A stretch of 64,000 nt of DNA, from assembly GCA_030390025.1 (NCBI GenBank), contig CM059432.1:84012001-84076000 (forward strand), in the 5' to 3' direction. The DNA comes from Squalus acanthias (lineage: Eukaryota). How positions within the stretch are numbered: position 1 is the stretch's first letter; the number at the start of each line of letters is the position of its first letter. Shown piece by piece: positions 59,671-64,000 of this stretch. Below the pieces are notes generated by a model. The model saw nothing but the letters and a program-made list of their open reading frames with translations. It was not told the origin of the DNA and did not search any database. The position numbers and the translations under genes are program-made.

Positions 59671-61195
59671 ATCTATTACTAAGGACATGGTAACAGGGCA
59701 CTTAGAAAATAATAATAGGATTGGGCAGAGTCAGCACGGATTTATGAAAGGGAAATCATGTTTGACGAATCTGTTAGAGTTTTTTGAGGTTGTAACTAGC
59801 AGAATAGATAAGGGGGGAACCAGTGGATGTGGTGCATATGGATTTTCAGAAGGCATTTGATAAGGTGCCAAACAGGAGGTTATTAAACAAAATTAGGGCT
59901 CATGGGATTGGGGGTAATATACTAGCATGGATTGAGGATTGGTTAACGGACAGAAAACAGAGAGTAGGAATAAACGGGTCATTTTTGGGTTGGCAGGCTG
60001 TAACTAGTGGGGTACGCAAGGATCAGTGCTTGGGCCTCAGCTATTCGCAATCTATATCACTGATTTAGATGAGGGGACCAAAAGTAATATATCCAAGTTT
60101 GCTGATGATACAAAGTTAGGTGGGAATGTAAGTTGTGAGGAGGCTTCAAGGGGATATAGATAGGCTAAGTGAATGGGCAAGAACATGGCAAATGGAATAT
60201 AATGTGGAGAAATGTGAAGTTGTCCACTTTGGTAGGAAAAATAGAAAAGCAGAGTATTTTTTAAATGGTGAGAGATTGGGAAATGTTGGTGTTCAGAGGG
60301 ACCTGGGTGTCCTTGTACACGAATCACTGAAAGTTAACATGCAGGTACAGTAAGCAATTAAGAAAGCAAATGGTCTGTTGGCCTTTTTTACATGAAGATT
60401 TGAGTGTAAGAGTAAAGATGTCTTACTGCAATCATATAGGGCCCTGGTGAGACCACACCTGGAGTATTGTGTACAGTTTTGGTCTCCTTACCTAATGAAG
60501 GTTATACTTGCCATAGAGGGAGTGCAACGAAGGTTCACCAGACTGATTCCTGGGATGGGGCATTGTCCTATGAGGAGAGATTGAGTAGACTAGGCCTATA
60601 TTCTCTGTAGTTTAGAAGAATGAGAGGTGACCTCATTGAAACATACAAAATTCCTACAGGGCTTGACAGGGTAGATGCAGGGAGGATGTTTCCCCTGGCT
60701 GGGGATTCTAGAACCAGGGGTCACAAGCTCAGAATAAGAGGTCGGCCATTTAGGACTGAGATGAGGAGAAATTTCTTCACTCAGAGGGTGATGAATCTTT
60801 GGAATTCTCTACCCCAGAGGGCTGTGGAGGCTCAGTCGTTGAGTATATTCAAGACAGAGATCAATAGATTTTTGGATATTAAGGGAAGCAAGGGATATGG
60901 GGATAGTGCAGGAAAGCGGAGTTGAGGTAGAAGATCAGCCATGATCTTATTGAATGGCGGAGCAGGCTCGAGGGGCCAAATGGCCTACTCCTGCTCCTAT
61001 TTCTTATGTTCTTATGTTCTCCCCTGGGATCGGACACCCCCTGGGCCTGGAACACCCCCCGGGATCGCGACTCGGCCCCGGGGTCAGGGATCGGACCTCC
61101 TCACCCCTGGGCTTGGACCACCCCCCACCATCCTGGGCCCAGCACTTACCTCGTCCTTTGGCCTCCTTCTCCAAGTTCCCCACACGACTGGAAGG

Positions 61196-61737
61196 CAGCA
61201 GATGGTAGTTCTGCCAGTTGATAGTGTGAATTTTCAGCAGCAGCTGCTTGCCTCTCTGCAATCCAATCATGCCTTCACGTTGCACGCACGCTGTGGAGTT
61301 AAAACTCTGCAGCGTGCCGGGAGACTCGACCTTCTGGGGTTCCCGCTGTCTCCCGAGTCCCCCGCATCGTGCGGGTCGGACCCGGCAAAATCCAACCCTA
61401 TATATTTACTCCTACTCTGAATAAGCAGGTAGAAAATTGTGTAAAATTGTACATTGAACAGGGGTCGGCTGCCTAAAGAAACCAGAAAAACTACGAAAAA
61501 AATGAACAGAACAAAAAAAACACAAAAATAATCTTTCTACTGGATTTCTAAATTTTAATATTTACTTTGCCACTTACTACAAAAAAGAATAAACCTCCCA
61601 GGTCCAAGGCATTACCTGGAGATGGTGTATGAGAATACATGCTCATATATTCAATGTCTATCATGATTGGATTGCAGAGAGGCAAGCAGCTGCTGCTGAA
61701 ACTTCACACTATCAACTGGCAGAACTACCATCTGCTG
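61196..61737. repeat. Inverted repeat pair, 76 bp (61196-61271 and 61662-61737)
   Basis: Reverse-complement match with one mismatch. Confidence 0.92.
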
Positions 61738-62429
61738 GTTTGTATTCATGTTGTGGTGAGGAAGATGGTGGAAATGCACTCACATATTTTATGGCATATT
61801 GTGTGCTCACCATGTCACTCATGAGGAATTCCTGGTACCTGCTGTCCCTCTAGTAATAGCTGCTCTGACACCCTCACTTCATAAATGGAATACTGTAATA
61901 AGTCTTCATTCATAGTGCATTGTAGTTCAATGGCTGTCTAACATTTCACCTGGAGACTGCCTGGATCTCTCCTCACAAAACTTTCTTAGATGTTGCCCCT
62001 TAAAACTTCAAGCTCTCATGTTAAATATTGTATTTGTCTTTCAGGTTACATCAACTGTCTCTTGCCACCTGGGAAAATCCCCTCAGATGCTTGCCATCAC
62101 TTAATGACCTATATATTGTTGCAGGAAAAATTGGTACACAATGCCTGAAAGGAGCAAGCCACCAATGGGGGAACCCTAGATTTCCTGTCAGTCATTCTTG
62201 AAACAACACCTGTTGGGAGGTCACATGTCCAACTCCATAATAGATTTGGGTTGTAATGCAGGCAACATCATGGAGCTGTAGTGCACTGCTGCTGAGCTTT
62301 AACCCTGGCCTGCAGCCTCCAAGCGAACCCACAGTACTTTCAGACTCAGCTCCCACGTACTTGATCCCAGTCATCTCACTGGTTGACATGACTCTGAGAG
62401 AAAAAAGCATTTTGAAAATGAAGATAGAT

Positions 62430-63620
62430 TTTCTCTCTGGCAAATACATTTCTCTTCCCCCTCAGAATGGTCCAAGCAGCGGAAACATTGCTTGAGCATG
62501 CTGATGGTCTGCTCAATGGTATTTCTGGTGGTGGCATGGCACTCATTTAAGGCATGCTCTGAGTCTGTACCCAGGTTACTGATAAGGGTCATGAGCCATC
62601 TCCGGAGGGAATATCTTTTGTTGCCATATAGCCAGCCTGTGCCCTGATGGCCTGGCTGGAATCAAGACGGTACAGAGGACTGTGCGCAAGATGAATGAAT
62701 CATGACAGCTGCCAGGAAACCGGCCATTGACCTGCATGATGCGTTGCCTGTGGTAACAAACAAGCTGGACATTCAGGGGATGGTAGGCACTTTCTATTGA
62801 GAAAGATTCCAGGTTGGTGATGGGGAGCATGCAGGGCAATGTGGGTGTAGTTTATGGCACCTTGGACCCTGTGGAAGCTTGTAATGTGGGTGAAGTCTCG
62901 TGCTCTCTCATTCTTCTTCACTCTGTCCTTGATGTATGTGTTCCTCCTGGCATAGAGAGTGTCGGTCACCTCCCTGATACAGCAGTGAACAGCAGACTGT
63001 GATATGTCATTGATGCAGCCTGGAAACACCACGTAGTGTAAACGCTAAGGGCTACAGTGACCTGGGCAGCCACAGGCAGTGATGTCCATGCCCTGGTTTG
63101 AAGCTCCAGTTGTTTTTTTAAATTCAGTCCTGGGATGTGGGCGTCACTGGCAAGGCCAGCATTTATTGCCCATCCTTAATTGCCCTTGAGAAGGTGGTGG
63201 TGAGCCACCTTCTTGAACCGCTGCAGTCCGTGTGGTGAAGGGACTCCCACAGTGCTATTTGGGAGGGAGTGCCACAATTTTGACCCAGTAACGATTAAGG
63301 AACGGCGATATATTTCCAAGTCAGGATAGTGTGTAACTTGGAGGGGAAATCGCAGGTGATGGTGTTGTGGCTGCAGCAAATGATGTAGCTCCATGATAGG
63401 CTTCTTGGTGAAGAACAGATGCCTCACACATTGCTCCTCGGTGAAGTTGAGGTATGAGAAGTGTTCCCTGAAGACCCACTGTGAGTATGGCCTCCTGTAC
63501 AGTATTCTCCTCCTCCCTCTTCCCCTAGCTGCTCCTGCTCTCTGCTGCCTTCTTCACTGCTCCCACTCCTCCTCCAGCCCCAAAGGCAGACCTACCAGAC
63601 CACCCATGACTGGAATAAAG
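62430..63620 (-). pseudogene. Harbinger transposase remnant, split by a family-B LINE tail (~63112-63365)
   Basis: [49 protein letters not shown] and EQTISMLKQCFRCLD. Confidence 0.82.
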
Positions 63621-63829
63621 TCTTTCCAAAGCAGACAAAAGAAGACCAGCACAAAGTTGTTACCAGAACTCAGAATTCATTTGTGGAATGCAGAAAATAG
63701 CCCAAAAAAAGCCCAGAAATTAATTAGCAGCCGAAAAGGATAAACCAGGAAGTAACCTTTATGGAGGAGATGAGTACTTCAAATAGCGTTCCTGCAGAGT
63801 CCTTCCTGACTGCTATTGCCATGAGTTAG

Positions 63830-64000
63830 AGCCTTTGTTACCTCTAGACTTGACTATTCCAACGCACTCCTGGCCGGCATCCCACTCTCTACCCTACGTA
63901 AACTTGAGGTCATCCAAAACTCGGCTGCCCGTATCCTAACTCGCAACAAGTCCCATTCACCCATCACCCCTGTGCTCGCTGACCTACATTGGCTCCCGGT
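63830..64000 (+). mobile_element. L2 LINE fragment running off the window
   Basis: AFVTSRLDYSNALLAGIPLSTLRKLEVIQNSAARILTRNKSHSPITPVLADLHWLP. Confidence 0.85.

Larger units (their letters stand above)
56920..61019 (+). mobile_element. Older 5'-truncated CR1 (56920-57187 and 59671-61019) split by a younger CR1
   Basis: Continuity gggaaaatgctaga|atctatta; RT fragments with stops; (TTCTTATG)n tail at ~61000-61019. Confidence 0.87.

Overview
Vertebrate genomic DNA, most likely from a shark or ray: the dominant LINE 3' tail (GAATGGCGGAGCAGGCTCGAGGGGCCGAATGGCCTACTCCTGCTCC followed by an octamer microsatellite) is of the elasmobranch HER1 LINE/HE1 SINE type. I found no supportable host protein-coding exon. 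The window is mostly nested, decayed transposable elements: many CR1-clade LINEs (one near full length, with a 10-unit 5'UTR monomer array and a zinc-finger/SGNH-esterase ORF1), a second CR1-like LINE family, L2 LINEs, several PIF/Harbinger elements (DDE transposase plus a convergent, spliced Myb/SANT-like gene) and their MITEs, hAT and Tigger/pogo MITEs, a decayed Gypsy pol and tRNA-derived SINEs. Main observations: (i) two ~205-bp palindromic, TSD-flanked Penelope-type inserts that each carry a minimal hammerhead-ribozyme core; (ii) three 75-90-bp inverted copies of nearby DNA, two of them exactly at LINE 5' junctions; (iii) repeated AAA/TTT target duplications for Harbinger-type elements; (iv) a 16-kb nested stack built inside one CR1. 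All calls were made by eye with no database search. TSD/TIR coordinates were counted directly; the ends of decayed elements are approximate (tens of bp).
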